Shown: one piece after another, positions 13,778-34,951 of the stretch
How the letters are laid out: every line of letters starts with the position of its first letter
Position numbering within the stretch: position 1 is the stretch's first letter
Source: Salpingoeca rosetta
Taxonomy: Eukaryota > Protista > Choanoflagellata
Assembly: GCA_033442325.1 (NCBI GenBank)
Contig: JAWQFM010000017.1
Coordinates: 1,206,185 to 1,252,115, forward strand
Length of the DNA stretch: 45,931 bases
Direction of reading: 5' to 3'
Made by a program: the position numbers and the translations under genes
The notes under the pieces: generated by a model
Databases searched by the model: none
What the model was told of the DNA's origin: nothing
The model's input: the letters and a program-made list of their open reading frames with translations, nothing else

Positions 13778-14948
13778 GCAGCAGAGTGCTGGCGCAAGAC
13801 AGCCACCGCAGGGCCCACAACAGCAGGGCGCACACGCTTCAGCGGGCAGCAGCAGCAGCGCCAGTGGTGGTGGCGGCGATGGGGCAGAGTTTGCCGAGTA
13901 TGGGCGACTGCCTGGCTTCCTGCTCCGCCTGACAAAGCCACTGCACGGCACCAACCCGGTTGTTGTGCTTGACGCCAACTTTTGCTCGCCGCACGCCATG
14001 GCGGCACTGCATCGGTTTGGCGTGCTCGCGTGTGCCCCGGTGCAGACGCGGCGCCACGTGTACCCGCACGGTGTCCCCGGTGCCTCCGCTGACGAGTACA
14101 TGCGCGACAAAGGGCTTGGCTTTGTCGACGCGCTGCCTGGCCGCCTCGGCTCAAGCCCGCACCAGCAGATGTGTCTGTTTGCGCTTCGCGACAGCACGGG
14201 CGTGCCCAAGCTGCTGGCCAACTTCAACGGCGTGTGCCTGAGCGACGACACCAAGACGCGTGTGTCTGCGGACACGGGGGAGCCCACCACCTTCTCGCTG
14301 CCGCGCGTGTTCTCGGACTATCTTGCGTCGTGCCACGTGCTGGCCGACCACAACACCATCCGTAACTCGACGCTCTCCCTGGAGAAGTCATGGCCGCAGA
14401 CGTCGCATGCCATTCGCCAGCTTGCGTTTCTCCTCGCCGTGTCGGAGGTGAACGCGTGGGTCGCGTACAACCACTTCGTGCGGCGCCCCTTCAACCTGCC
14501 CGGCGTGAGCTTGCTTGAGTTCCGTGAGACGCTTGCCGTCGACCTGATCAGCAGCGACCTGCCCGACCCGCACACGAGCGCGCCGCAGCCGCAGCCAGGG
14601 ATGCAGGCACCTGGGCAGGGGCCAGGCATGCCCTATCACCACCACCACCACCCTCACCACCACCACGCCCCGCACCCAGCACAGCCGCCGCCCCAGCAGC
14701 CTGCGCAGCAGCAGCAGCAGCAACAACAACAACAGCAGCAGCAGCAGCAGCAGCAGGAGCAGCACTACCAGCAGCTGCCCAAGTACGCTGCGCCCCACAT
14801 GCAGCCCCAGGAAGAGGCGCCAACACAGCAACAGCAAGGACCGCAGCAAGGACAGCCGCAGGACGATGCCCTGATGCAACTCGCCCTTCAAGGCGGCCAT
14901 CTCGACCTTGCCTCTGAATTGCCGACCAAGCGCTCAAAACCAGAATAG
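12216..14948 (+). CDS. PiggyBac transposase-derived (PGBD-like) protein, 910 aa, intronless, with AT-hook and polyH/polyQ; catalytic triad degenerate
   Basis: Single uninterrupted ORF. PiggyBac-type blocks: LFRHFFP, EFTRWLGIWFCM, FMSQERFESILANLRF, LLRLTKPLHGTNPVVVLDANFCS, HVLADHNTIR, SLEKSW, FLLAVSEVNAWVAY and LLEFRETLAVDLI. AT-hook KRGRPPK at 12801-12821. No terminal inverted repeats were recognised. Confidence 0.85.
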
Positions 14949-14965
14949 TCAGATGCCGATTGTTG

Positions 14966-15029
<64 letters not shown>

Positions 15030-15462
15030 GATAGCACATGCGAGAACTTGCACTTCCTGCGCAGCTGTGAGGGTTTAAGTGTGAGTGATTGTGTACATGG
15101 TGTTGGCGTTAGTGCTGTTGTTTCACGTGAGAGCTTGCTTGACTGACCTGTTTTTTGCTTGATCTGTTGCTGCTTGCTTGTTGTCTCTTCACCCCTCCCC
15201 CTCCCCCTTTCCCCTCGTTGTTTGCGTCTTGCTCTGCTTGTTCATTTCATGGCCTGATGGCCGGCTGTTGCTGCGATTGTTCCGATGATGCGGACAGCCA
15301 TGCTCCTTCAATTTTTTTCTCTCACTCACTCTCACATTGCTTGTTGAATAGGGCGACAATACACAAATTGCTCACTGCACTGGCACAGCTACTGTTGTTC
15401 ACGACCGACCACAAGTGTGTGTGCACGTATGTATGTATGCATGTGTGTGTGTGCGTGCGTGT

Positions 15463-19491
<4,029 letters not shown>

Positions 19492-19628
19492 ATTCGCGCT
19501 TGTGTATCCGTCGTTGTTGTTGCCGTTGCTGTAATTTTATGCTGTCGCATCCCAATTCTTCACGCGGCGGAGCAACAACGACGACGACCAGCGAGCGAGC
19601 AGTGGTGTGTGCATATCGAGTTGTTAAC

Positions 19629-20771
19629 ATGTCGTTCCCAGCATTTGGCCAGAAGCCAGGCGGTGCAACAGCTACTGCATCGCCGTTTGGCCAGAAGCCT
19701 GCGGGTGGCGCAACCGCTATGGGATCGCCGTTTGGCCAGAAGCCTGCGGGTGGCGCAACGGCGTCTCCGTTTGGCCAGAAGCCAGGCGGTGCAACGACAA
19801 CTACCACGACGGCATCGCCGTTTGGCCAGAAGCCCGGTGGCGCAACCGCTATGGGATCGCCCTTTGGACAGAAGGCCGCAACAACAACGGCAGCGACAAC
19901 CAGCCCCTTTGGTCAGAAACCTGCCGGCTCCCCATTTGGTCAAAAGCCCGCGGGTTCGCCCTTTGGTCAGGCCAAGCCAGGTGGCTTTGGAAGCCTACAG
20001 TCACAGCAACAACAGCAGCAAGGCGCAGCGCCACGATTTGCACTCCAACGTACGCGTGTCTGCGCGTGCACGTGTGTATGTGTGTGTGTGCATATGTGTA
20101 TGTGTGTGTGCATATGTGTATGTGTGTGTGCATATGTTTATATGTGTGTGCATGTGTGGGTATGTGTGTGCATGTGTGTACGTGTGTGTGCATATGTGGG
20201 TGGGTGGGTGACCTCAGCAGCAGCTGGGACTTCTTCGACTGATGTGCCCACGCCGCTTGTTTGACCATGTGCCGTGCTCGTGCTGTTTTGTGGGTGCAGC
20301 GAAAAAGGCAGCAACCACGGGGGCAACAAGCCAGGCTGCGAACACGTCAGCTACAGAGGGCAAGGACGAAAGCAAAAGGTGGGTTCACATGGCGGGGTTG
20401 GTATGACGCTAGATGACCCTCCCCCCCCCCTCCTTCAAGGTGAACTGATCGTCGTGTTGCAAACCCTCACACATGTCACACACACATGCACAAATCGTGG
20501 TTCACCCTCGTGCTCTGCATTGTCTTCGCGTGGCAACCCACCCCTGCTGCTCAGCCAATCGTGGGAGGATGCACGTGTCGACAACGAGGTTGCAGCGGTC
20601 GTGGCCGGGCTCACCTCGCACTTTGAGGAGATGAAGAAGACACGGTAGGGGTCAAGAGGGTTTGCATTTGCATGAAGGGCTTGCGTGGCCGTGACTTTGT
20701 GTTGTGTGGGCTGTATTCGCCGCGCCTGTGCACTGCACCCGTGCACACGTGTCCACCATTTTCCTGTCTCC

Positions 20772-20822
<51 letters not shown>

Positions 20823-21302
20823 ACTCACACACTCACACACTCACACACTCACACGCACTCACACCAACACACCAACACGTAATCAGACACACACTCACTG
20901 ACACACACACACTCACTGACACACTGACACACCAACACATAATCACACACACTGTCTCTCTCACTGACACACTCACACGCCAACACATAATTACACACAC
21001 ACGTATGTCGCATGCCTTGGGTGTGCAGGTCTGCGGTGCAGCAACACATTTCGAACAAGATCCAAGGGATGGACGGGATTGTGAGCCGTCTCCACAGCCG
21101 CCTGCTGGCCATTGCATCCGATGTTGATCGCACAGCTGACGATACCCAGGGGCTCAAGGAAGACAGCTTGCAGGTCAGCCCGCGGCATTGGGATTTGGAG
21201 TGAAGTTGTGGGAGGAGGGAGAGGGGTTGGAGATGGTGGTGGTGGTCGTGACAGTTTTGAGAGTGAGAGAAAGGCAGAAAAGTTTGCTTGTACGTGTGTG
21301 TG

Positions 21303-21337
<35 letters not shown>

Positions 21338-21578
21338 GGTCGTTGTTGTTGTTGTTGTTGTTCTTTTTCCCATTTACTTCTGTCGTGGCACCACCTGCAC
21401 ATGATCACCTCATCACGCCGAAATCGTTCCTCTACAACAATCCCTTCCCCCCCGGCTGTTCCCATGCCAGACTGCGAGTGACGCGAGCGTGTGTGAACGC
21501 CTTCACGCAGCTGACATGCGCACATACGCCGACCCGTACAGCCAGTCCTCCTCCCCCGTTACAGAGTCAGTGCTGTGC

Positions 21579-21620
<42 letters not shown>

Positions 21621-21909
21621 CGTGTGTGTGTGTCTGCTGGTTGCGTCGTTGGATCGCACGCTTGTCATCCCCGTGTTTGCATGTCGGTCTCACCACTGTC
21701 TCTGGTTGCGGCTGTCGTTGGCAGATATTTCCAGCGGCTGCTGGCCAAATTTGAGAAGCAGCTAACACGTAAGCACAGCGACATTCGCACGTGCAAACAG
21801 CTGCATGCACATGCACACAAATGCAACTTGTAGTGGTTGCCGCTGTACTGCTCTGCAGGAATGGGTTTGCTGCCCAAATATCCATGTTCTCATGCTATGT
21901 ACCCTCTTG

Positions 21910-21955
<46 letters not shown>

Positions 21956-22260
21956 TGCGTGCGTGCATGTATGTTCTGTGTGCGTATATATGTGTTTGTG
22001 TGTGCATCAGTGTATCGATCGCAGACGCGTGAGTTGGAGTTGGCAGTGACGACCACGCCCGCATCCTCTGCTCACGAGAGCGCCCAGGCCCTCCAGGTAG
22101 CATGCCCAACACACACACGCACACATGCATGCAGTGCGCACATCCCATACCCAATACATGCGCACGCATGCATACACCATACACGCACACACATGCACAC
22201 ATAACATGCACACATGCACGTGTTGTTGACAATCCATTGCCACACAAACCACCATCAATA

Positions 22261-22320
<60 letters not shown>

Positions 22321-24345
22321 GCGTTCGCAGGAGCTGCTGCAGATGCAGGCGCAGTCGTTTGTGGACCTGTGCGCACAAGCACAACACATCCACGAGGTAT
22401 GGATGGATGGATGGATGGTGGTGGTGGTGGTGGTGGTGGTGACAATTTTCGTGGTGGTGGGAGGAGCAGCATCACATCTGCTTGCAGAGGCATCTTATGT
22501 GTATGTGCCTTCTCGTTGTTGTTCTTTCTCTTTGTGAATGTGTGCGTGTGTGCGTACGATGCACGTGATCACCCTTTCCACCTGCTCATTCGCTGCCGCC
22601 ACAACTATCGCCACCTCTTCTCACAGCGCGTGGCCGAGGAGGCAGAAAAATACAAACAGTTCTACAAGAACCTGGTAAGCGGTGTACGTGTGTACATGCG
22701 TGTGCGTGCGTGCGTGCGCGCGCGCGTGTGCAATCACTCAACACTGCCTTGGCACCACCCGTATGCACATGAACATCACCTTGTCAACAGCCTCATATGT
22801 ATGCACATGTGTGTGTTGTTAGCCCAAGTCACCAAATGACCCTGAAGACCCGTTTGCGGCTCCGAAACCCGTGGCTATGGAAGGTCAGTGGTGGTCGTGG
22901 TCGTCGTCGTCGTCGTCGTCGTCGTCGTGGTCGTGGTCGTCGTCGTTGAGTGGTCCCTTGCACTTAAACATGCAAGCCCAAGTGTGCCCGCGCCACGCTC
23001 ATACGTGGTCACGGCCTTCCTTCCCTCTCGAGTGTGCCATCTCCTGCTGTCCATCTGGTCACTCACACATGCACACTCCATCACTACTGCAACCACTCCT
23101 GCGCCGCTGCTGTTGTATTCTGTAGAATCTGCAGAGGATGAAGAGTCCAGTGGGCCGCAATTTGGGCTCCCAGCCCCGTTCAACCCATTTGGTACGCGCG
23201 CGCACGCATGCCACACATCAACCTACAATGCACGCACACTGTGTGTGCATACACACGTGCACTCTGCCTCTTGTCTCATGACAGAGGCGCGGTTGTGTTA
23301 TCCCCGTTGCTCACATGGGCTGCGCGCGTGACCATGGTTCTCTCTTCCTCACTTCTGTTCCTCACGACTGCTTCCCTCCTCCTCGTGTGCCCAATCCCCA
23401 ATCGCTTCATTGCCTGCATTGCCTGCATTGCCTGCATTGGCTCGTGTCTTCACCCCGTCGCCGCTTGGTTGACAGCAAACCCGGCCCTCCTGCGGCAGTG
23501 GCAGCAGCAGCAAGCAGGTACCACTACCCCTTCATCTTCTTCCCGCCCTGCGTGCGCCTGCTCATACCTCTCACACCAGTCACCTTTGCTCAAGCATGCA
23601 CCATAACACCAACAACAACAACACAATCGCACAATCGCTCTCCCTTGCATGCTCTCACGCGTGGCCTGTCGCCAACGACGACGACGACCACCACTGCTGC
23701 CATGCTGCATCTTCGCCACAGTGATGATGGCCCAGTACTCGCAGCAGCCGTTTGCACAGCAACAGCAGCCACAGCAGGGCGCGTTTGGCGCAAAGCCATC
23801 GCCTTTTGGTGGCGCCACGACTGGGGCCTTTGGAGCCAAGCCATCACCGTTTGGTGGTCAACAGCAACAGGGCGCATTTGGCGCAAAGCCGTCGCCTTTT
23901 GGAGCAGCAACCACCACTGCCACAACGGGTGCCTTTGGTGGTGCAAAGCCATCACCATTCGGGGGCCAGCAGCAGGGCGCATTTGGTGCAAAGCCATCAC
24001 CCTTTGGTGGCGCGGCGACAACAGCCAACACCACCACCGGGGCCTTTGGAGCCAAGCCATCCCCTTTTGGTGGCCAGCAGCAACAACAACAACAGCAGGG
24101 CGCGTTTGGTGCAAAGCCATCACCTTTCGGAGCAGTACGTATGCATGCGTGTGTGTGTGTGTGTGTCTGTGTGTGTGTGTGTGTGTCTGTCTGTGTGTGT
24201 CTGTCTTGCGAGTGTTTGCTGCCTACCTGCCTGCCCGTGTTCAACTGACCTCAGCTGACCACCACCGCTATCACCGCCACCGTGACCACGACAGCCCAAG
24301 GCACCAGGGCCCGGCACCGCCACCACCAAGTTTGGCTTCTCGTAG
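19629..24345 (+). CDS. NUP58: Nup58/NUPL1-like FG-repeat nucleoporin (N- and C-terminal FG repeats around a helical core); ~14 exons
   Basis: Exon 1 (19629-20049) carries SPFGQKP repeats. Core exons spell EYFQRLLAKFEKQLTLYRSQTRELE..ELLQMQAQSFVDLCAQAQHIHERVAEEAEKYKQFYK..DPEDPF, which is typical of Nup58. Exon ~23721-24134 carries GAFGAKPSPFG repeats, and the last exon ends KFGFS* at 24345. Confidence 0.8.
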
Positions 24346-24432
24346 GACGTGCGACTGGAGAGTTTGAATCGCAGATCGATCCGTGCACACGTGTGCACCA
24401 GCGAGCAATAGACACGCGGCAACAACAAGGCA

Positions 24433-24489
<57 letters not shown>

Positions 24490-24498
24490 GTGACGTAC

Positions 24499-25140
24499 GC
24501 GGATGATGCTGACGGTGAGACCAGCCTCTCTCGCAGTGGCAATGATGGACAGCCTAACAGTGAGAGCGGAACGTAGAGTGGAAAGTGAAAGTGAAACGTG
24601 AGAACAGGGCACACATGTCGACGAAGGAGTGGGCATTGGCGGGAGAAAGATGAGACACGGGTGAAAATGGAACAACACAGAACACAGAACTTATGGTCAG
24701 AGCAGCACAGAGCTCATAAGATGACAACACAAACACGCGAAGAAAGAATATGTATGAAGATCGGACAAGGACAAGCGAGGAGCACTTACATGGCGTCCTC
24801 ATCCGGAACCTTGACCGTGATCTGCCGACGCGTACAAGAAGGAGAGCGGGAGAGGGTGTACGTGGGCGCGTGCGTGAGGGACGAGAGTGAGAACGGCGGA
24901 GATGCTCGCATGTGAGCTGGTGTCCACGCCTGGGCAAGCAAACACCCACACAATGTACACATGTACACGAACGCATGCAGACGCACCTTTGGCTGGCCGT
25001 CCATCTCCCATGCACGCAGCAGGTCTGGAACACTCCTCTTGGCGTTCTTGTAGGCTGCCACAGCAGCATGCGCACACTGAGCAGCAACCTGAAATGCGGG
25101 CATTGCACGAAGAAACAGATGGGCACCCAAAAGACCGTGC

Positions 25141-25209
<69 letters not shown>

Positions 25210-25297
25210 GTTTGTGTGTGCGTGAGTATGTGTGTGTGTGTGTGTGTGCTTGTGCGTGCGTGTGTGTGTGTGTGTGTGTGCTGGCCTTTCTGTTTGT

Positions 25298-25352
<55 letters not shown>

Positions 25353-25879
25353 CGGTGATGCCTACCTTGCCCTTCTTCATCTTCAGATCGTGGCGCACTC
25401 CCAGCACCAGCTTCAGCTCACTGTTCTGGTCCTCGTTGGCAACCTGACATGCGAGCAAGGAGCACCGGGTGGCAACACGAGACACGATCGAGACACAGAC
25501 GCATGCGTGAGGCGCACACAAGAGAGCGAGCAGCTGAGCCTCAAGGGGTGAAGGTGAATGCGCATGCATTCACACACACACACACATACACACACATACA
25601 CACATACACACACACATGCACGCATACACACATACACACATACACACACACATACACACACATACACATACACACCTCCCCTGCGTCGTCCTCGGGAACC
25701 AGTGCCCCTGCGGCTGGTGGTGTTGCTTGCTGCTTTGCGGAAGCGCCGGTCTCGACAGGCCGGCTGGCCAGCATCCATCCCATGGAGAAGCCAATTGCCA
25801 GCGCACACCCAGTCCACATGGCGAGCGTGGGCCACATGTCCTTTCCAGGCGGCACCAGCACCTCTCCAAGGCCACTCAT
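24499..25879 (-). CDS. PTRH2: Peptidyl-tRNA hydrolase 2 (Bit1) with N-terminal TM anchor; 3'-partial
   Basis: Exons 25879-25676, 25443-25366, 25088-24987, 24821-24790 and 24553-24499. They read [61 protein letters not shown]. The expected DAGRTQ exon was not found. Confidence 0.88.
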
Positions 25880-26712
25880 GCTGGCTCACTGTCCGTCTGT
25901 CTGTCTTGTCGTCTTGTCGTCTTGCTTCGCACGACTCTGTTGTTCTTTTTTTGGCTGTCGATCCACCAACCAATATCAAACGCGCAACACTGTCGCTGAC
26001 AACGTGCTTGCTTGCCTCTCGCTCGTGCTTGTTGGACCTTCCTTCCTCGCCTGCCTTGTTGTGAAGAGAGCCTGCTGCGGTTGCTGAGGAGGATGACGAC
26101 AAGTGCGCAGGGCCTGAGCCTCTCGATCGTGTTCGTGTGCGTGTGCGCTCTCGTCACCATTGCATACACAAACGCAGCAACACAGACGCACAGGTGAGGC
26201 AGGAAGCACGCTGACGCTGCAGCGCTGTAGCCGGTCGCTTGCCGTGGCCGATGTTTCTGCTCATTTGCTTCATTCCGCGCCTTTGTTTGCTCACACGCCC
26301 CTCCACCCTGCCGCATCTCCTTTGCACCACCACCTTCCCTTCCTCGCTCTTTCCGACGACAACGACGACCAGCTTCCATTGCCAGAACTGCAACAACGTA
26401 CGTTCGTGTTTGCATCGCAGTGCTGACCGTTACGATTGCCCAGCAACGATCACCTCACAGCTCGCGTCGGCCGACTCACATTCATGCCATGTACACGTGG
26501 CACGTGCCCGCGTAGATCGACTGCTTACTACAGTGCCGGCGCTCCCACTCGTCGACTCTGCACAACTTCGTTGCCTTTGAGCTCCTCTGCTTCTTCACAG
26601 GCGCAGCTGCAGCCTTTGTTGCACACAAGCGATACACCTTGGTACGTTTGCGGATGTATGTGTGTAGGTGTGTGTGTGTGTACATGCGTGTTTGTGTGTT
26701 GACGTACGTGCA

Positions 26713-26758
<46 letters not shown>

Positions 26759-26930
26759 AGTGTATGAGTAATGTGTTTGCATGTACCAATGTGTGTATGA
26801 TGTGTGCAAGCCCCTGGGTTTGTTTCTTGCACGAGCGTCTCTTCTCAACCGGGCCACATGTTCTGTGCTGCAGCTGCAACGTCGCATTGAGCTCAGGCTT
26901 CAACATCAGATTGCAGAAACCATCTGAACT

Positions 26931-27366
<436 letters not shown>

Positions 27367-27619
27367 CATAGTTAGCTCAATCACAGCATAAAAGGCCTCA
27401 GTGAAGAAGCATACACAAGCATAACCGATCCTTGACCACTCCCAACACCTCATGATCTCGACTGCTTGTGTCCAACGTCAATGTTGAGTGGCATCACTTC
27501 AATCCCAGCCCCTTCTCTCCACGCCTCGCTCGCTTCAGCAAGAGCACCACTTGTTGTTGTTGTTGTTGCGAAGGATGAGTGATAGCTGCTTAGGATCACA
27601 GTCGCAACGCACAGAAGAC

Positions 27620-31514
<3,895 letters not shown>

Positions 31515-31754
31515 TGGTTGTGGTTGAGTTGAGTGAGCCGTGTTTGCCGTGCGGGCACCGTCATCGCAGCATAATTAATGGACACATACACACGCACAGA
31601 GCTTATTTCGACAATGAGGGATGCATTGGCAATGCAAGCCGTGTAGCACGCAAACAAAGCTTACAATCACACACACACGCTCGCACATGACACGACCAAG
31701 ATGCAGTTCCCACCCGCTTTTTGGTCTGTGTTCGTTGACACCAACCCGTTTGGG

Positions 31755-34709
31755 TTACTTCTGATTGTACATGCGCGTACCGTCCTTCCCTTCATATCCA
31801 CGTGCGTGTTTCATCAACAGCGCTTCCCGTGTCTGTAACTTGCTCACAATCCCGCTGGTGGCGGTGTTCGTTCGTGTAAATATGAGTGTGTGAGTGCGTC
31901 TGTGTGAACATGTACGAATGTGCATGAACATATGTGTGTGCGTGCGTGTGTTTGAAGCCCATGATCATTGCGGTCAAACGAACACCACCACCACCACCAC
32001 CACCACCACCACCACGGCGCCTTACGCGATGTACGGTGTGATGTCGTCGTCGGTCCAGACGGAACGCGCGGAGAACAGCGCTGCGAACCGTGCACGCGGC
32101 TCAACAGGCAGCGACGATGCTGACACGTTGTCGTGGGCAGTGGTGGGGGTTGTGGTGTGGGGTGTGCAAAAGTGGTTGTTGCAGATGCGTGAGCTTCCAG
32201 TTCCATAACATGATGTGATTCAAGGACATGTGTTGTAAAATACGCATGGATACTCTGACAACGTGTGAACGTATGTGCCGTCTCTGTACCTGGGAAGTAC
32301 TGTACTGTCTGCTTCTCGTCCAACTCCGACGGCTTCGAAATGAGCGCCAATCCCTACGCGCACACACACACATACACATGTATCGAGCACCAGTGTGAGT
32401 CAGTTCATGTAAACAGCAGGCAAAAGAAGGACACGCACACATGCAAACAACAGACACGCCAGGAGCACGCACCCACACGTGTATATGTGTGACTGCGGAC
32501 CTTCAGGTAGTCTGGGTTGGGGTGCATTCCCTCTGGAAGTGATGCCGCCCATGTCTCTGTAAAACTGTCGAGATCCCACGACTGTTGCATGCAAGCAAAC
32601 CACGCACGATGAGTGGCAATGGCGGCATTTTGGGGAAGAGGACAGGCGGGAAAGGCACACGAAATTTGAACACGCACCAAGCAAAACGTGCGCAAACACA
32701 ACCACACCACGCACAGCGACATAACATACACACGCACACACGCACGCACACACGCACGCACACACGCACGCACATCACAGCACATCACAGCACAACGAAC
32801 CGATCCAATTTGCAGGAATTCCTGTGCGCGGAATCGACAGACTGCGGCCTCGTCCAGTCGCCACCGCGCCCCAATATCGTCTGCGATGATGATGGTGGTG
32901 GTCGTGGTTGCAGTGGTGGTCGTGGTGATCAATGATGGGTTGTGCAGCAATGGCAGGAATGCTCTTGTCACATGTCATTCCCTCACAGCCACCCAACACC
33001 ACCATCCAACATCCTCCCCCACCTCCACCTGCACCTCCACCTGCACCATTCACCAGCCACCCACCATCCACCATCCACCATACCCAGTGGCGTGGCCATC
33101 TCCTTGAGGACGGCGCGTACAACAAAGCCCGGGATATCACATTCGGCGAGCGACGCAGTGCACTCGTCCAGAGGAACGCCATCAGCAATCCAATCGTCGC
33201 CAGCAGCCGTCTTCAGCAGCAGATCTGTCACCTCAAACTTGTACCGCTCCCCAAGCACCCGCCAGTGGTCTGTCACGAACACAGGTGGGGAGGTGAGAAC
33301 AGGTGGTGAGATGAGTACAGGTGGTGAGATTAGCATGCGTGGCGATGAAATCGCTCAGGCAGCCTCAGTTCAGTCCATATTAGCACGCTCAAACAATCAC
33401 ACGCACACACAATCGTGCGCACATGCACAGAAGAGACAGAGAGGGCAGGAGGAGGAACAGGAGCAGGAACAGGAGCAGGAATCACACCGTCGTGTTCAAA
33501 TGCGTGCATATCGTGCAGTGCTGTGAGGAGTTCTTCTCTACTTGCCCGCACCACATCCAGCAATGCATCCAGCGTGTACTGCACGCATACGTGCGTGTGC
33601 ATTTGGTGTGAGGGGATGTGTGTAAGTGTGTGTGTGTATGTGTGTGTGTGTGTATGTGTGTGATGGCGTGCTCTCTTTAAGGCATGTTCAGAGCATGGAA
33701 ACTGTGGTGAAGAGAACACAACCGCGTGCTTTCAAGGTGCGTTACCAGCGTTTGTGTGTTCCTAGCCGCTTCCTCCTCGGGCCCGTTGTATTCGCATTCG
33801 CGCAGGAGCTCCTGCACCTTGGCCACGCTTGGGTCGACGTGTCGCAACTGCACCAGCACAATGGGAACCGGTGGCGAAGTAACCGCGAAAGATGGAAAGC
33901 CCACATGAGTTGCTCACGGTATCACTTGCGAATACAATCCAGCAACATGCCCCACTACGACACACACACACATGCACACACGCGCACACACACACACATG
34001 CACACATGCACACACACGTACACACACGCACACACATACACACACACATGTCGATGCATAAAGCATACACAGGTGCTATCTCGCCCAACCGCAAACGCAA
34101 ATGCACGCACGCACGCACCTCAAAGTATGATGCTATGTTTCCGCGGACTTGGCGAGGACGGCCAGGTGGAAATGCGAGCACGTCGCTTGCGTGCTCGGGA
34201 TCCGGTGGCACAACGTAGTGTGCGTTGGAGACGTCAGCGTGCTTCACCGAATACGTGCGCGTATCAGTGCACAAGACCACAGAGTCGTTCCCACATGCCT
34301 TGAACGACACCCTGTCATGCAACACCATGTGATCACAGCAACACCAAGTGAGCACTGCCAACTTTGGCATGCAAAAGCGCAACAGACGCAGAATCCACAA
34401 GCTCGCACTCACACACGCACATACACACATACGGGCACACACACACATACACACACGCGCACGCGCACACACACGCGCACGCACATACATACACACACGC
34501 GCACGCGCACACACACGCGCACGCACATACACACACATACGCACACATACGCACACACATACACACACACACACTCTCTCTCTGTCTTCCACATGCAAAG
34601 CTTACTGTTGATTGCCCTGTTCGATGGCATCCAGCACGTGGCTGTCTACTTGCATCAACACCAAGTCGCTCGACTCAAAGTCGCCCGCAAACTCGAGCTT
34701 TCCCGCCAT
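31755..34709 (-). CDS. DSCC1: Sister chromatid cohesion protein DCC1 (Ctf18-RFC subunit); ~10 exons
   Basis: Spliced peptides: MAGKLEFAGDF..LVLMQVD, SVVLCTDTRTYSVKHADVSNA, VQELLRECEYNGPEEE, YTLDALLDVVRASREELLTAL, HWRVL, WRLDEAAVCRFRA, FTETWAASLPEGM, LPVEPRARFAALFSARSVWTDDDITPYI and LLMKHAR..YNQK*. Confidence 0.92.
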
Positions 34710-34891
34710 GGCTGTGTGAGAGTGACACACGGAGAGAGAGAGAGAGGTAGAGATAGAGAGACAGAGAGAGATGGAGATGGAGAGATGGAGAGAGAGATGG
34801 AGATGGAGATAGGGATGTAGAGAGACAGCGCGTGTGCGTGTGTTGGCGACTTGTCCTTCCAACTTTTGCTTGCTGTTGTTTTGAGTAGAGC

Positions 34892-34899
34892 GCGCCAAA
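34892..34899 (-). promoter_or_regulatory. E2F-consensus-like site (TTTGGCGC) in the 242-bp DSCC1/CIB bidirectional promoter
   Basis: GCGCCAAA on the + strand, with a near-match GCGGAAAA at 34908-34915; function is inferred. Confidence 0.4.
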
Positions 34900-34951
34900 C
34901 ACCGGATGCGGAAAATTCGTTGAAGTTATTTACAAATCGCCAACAACGGAT

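Noticed and set aside
12117-14900. Several long minus-strand ORFs over the PGBD-like gene
   Set aside because: They are antisense shadows caused by high GC3 and have no recognisable motifs.
15068-15079. GAGGGTTTAA downstream of the PGBD-like gene as a possible piggyBac right end
   Set aside because: It has an extra T versus AGGG-TTAA, and I found no matching TTAA-CCC left end or inverted repeat upstream.
24271-24356. Minus-strand LVVAVPGPG peptide as the missing PTRH2 terminal exon
   Set aside because: It is out of phase with the preceding donor, lacks DAGRTQ and is simply the antisense of the Nup58 last exon.
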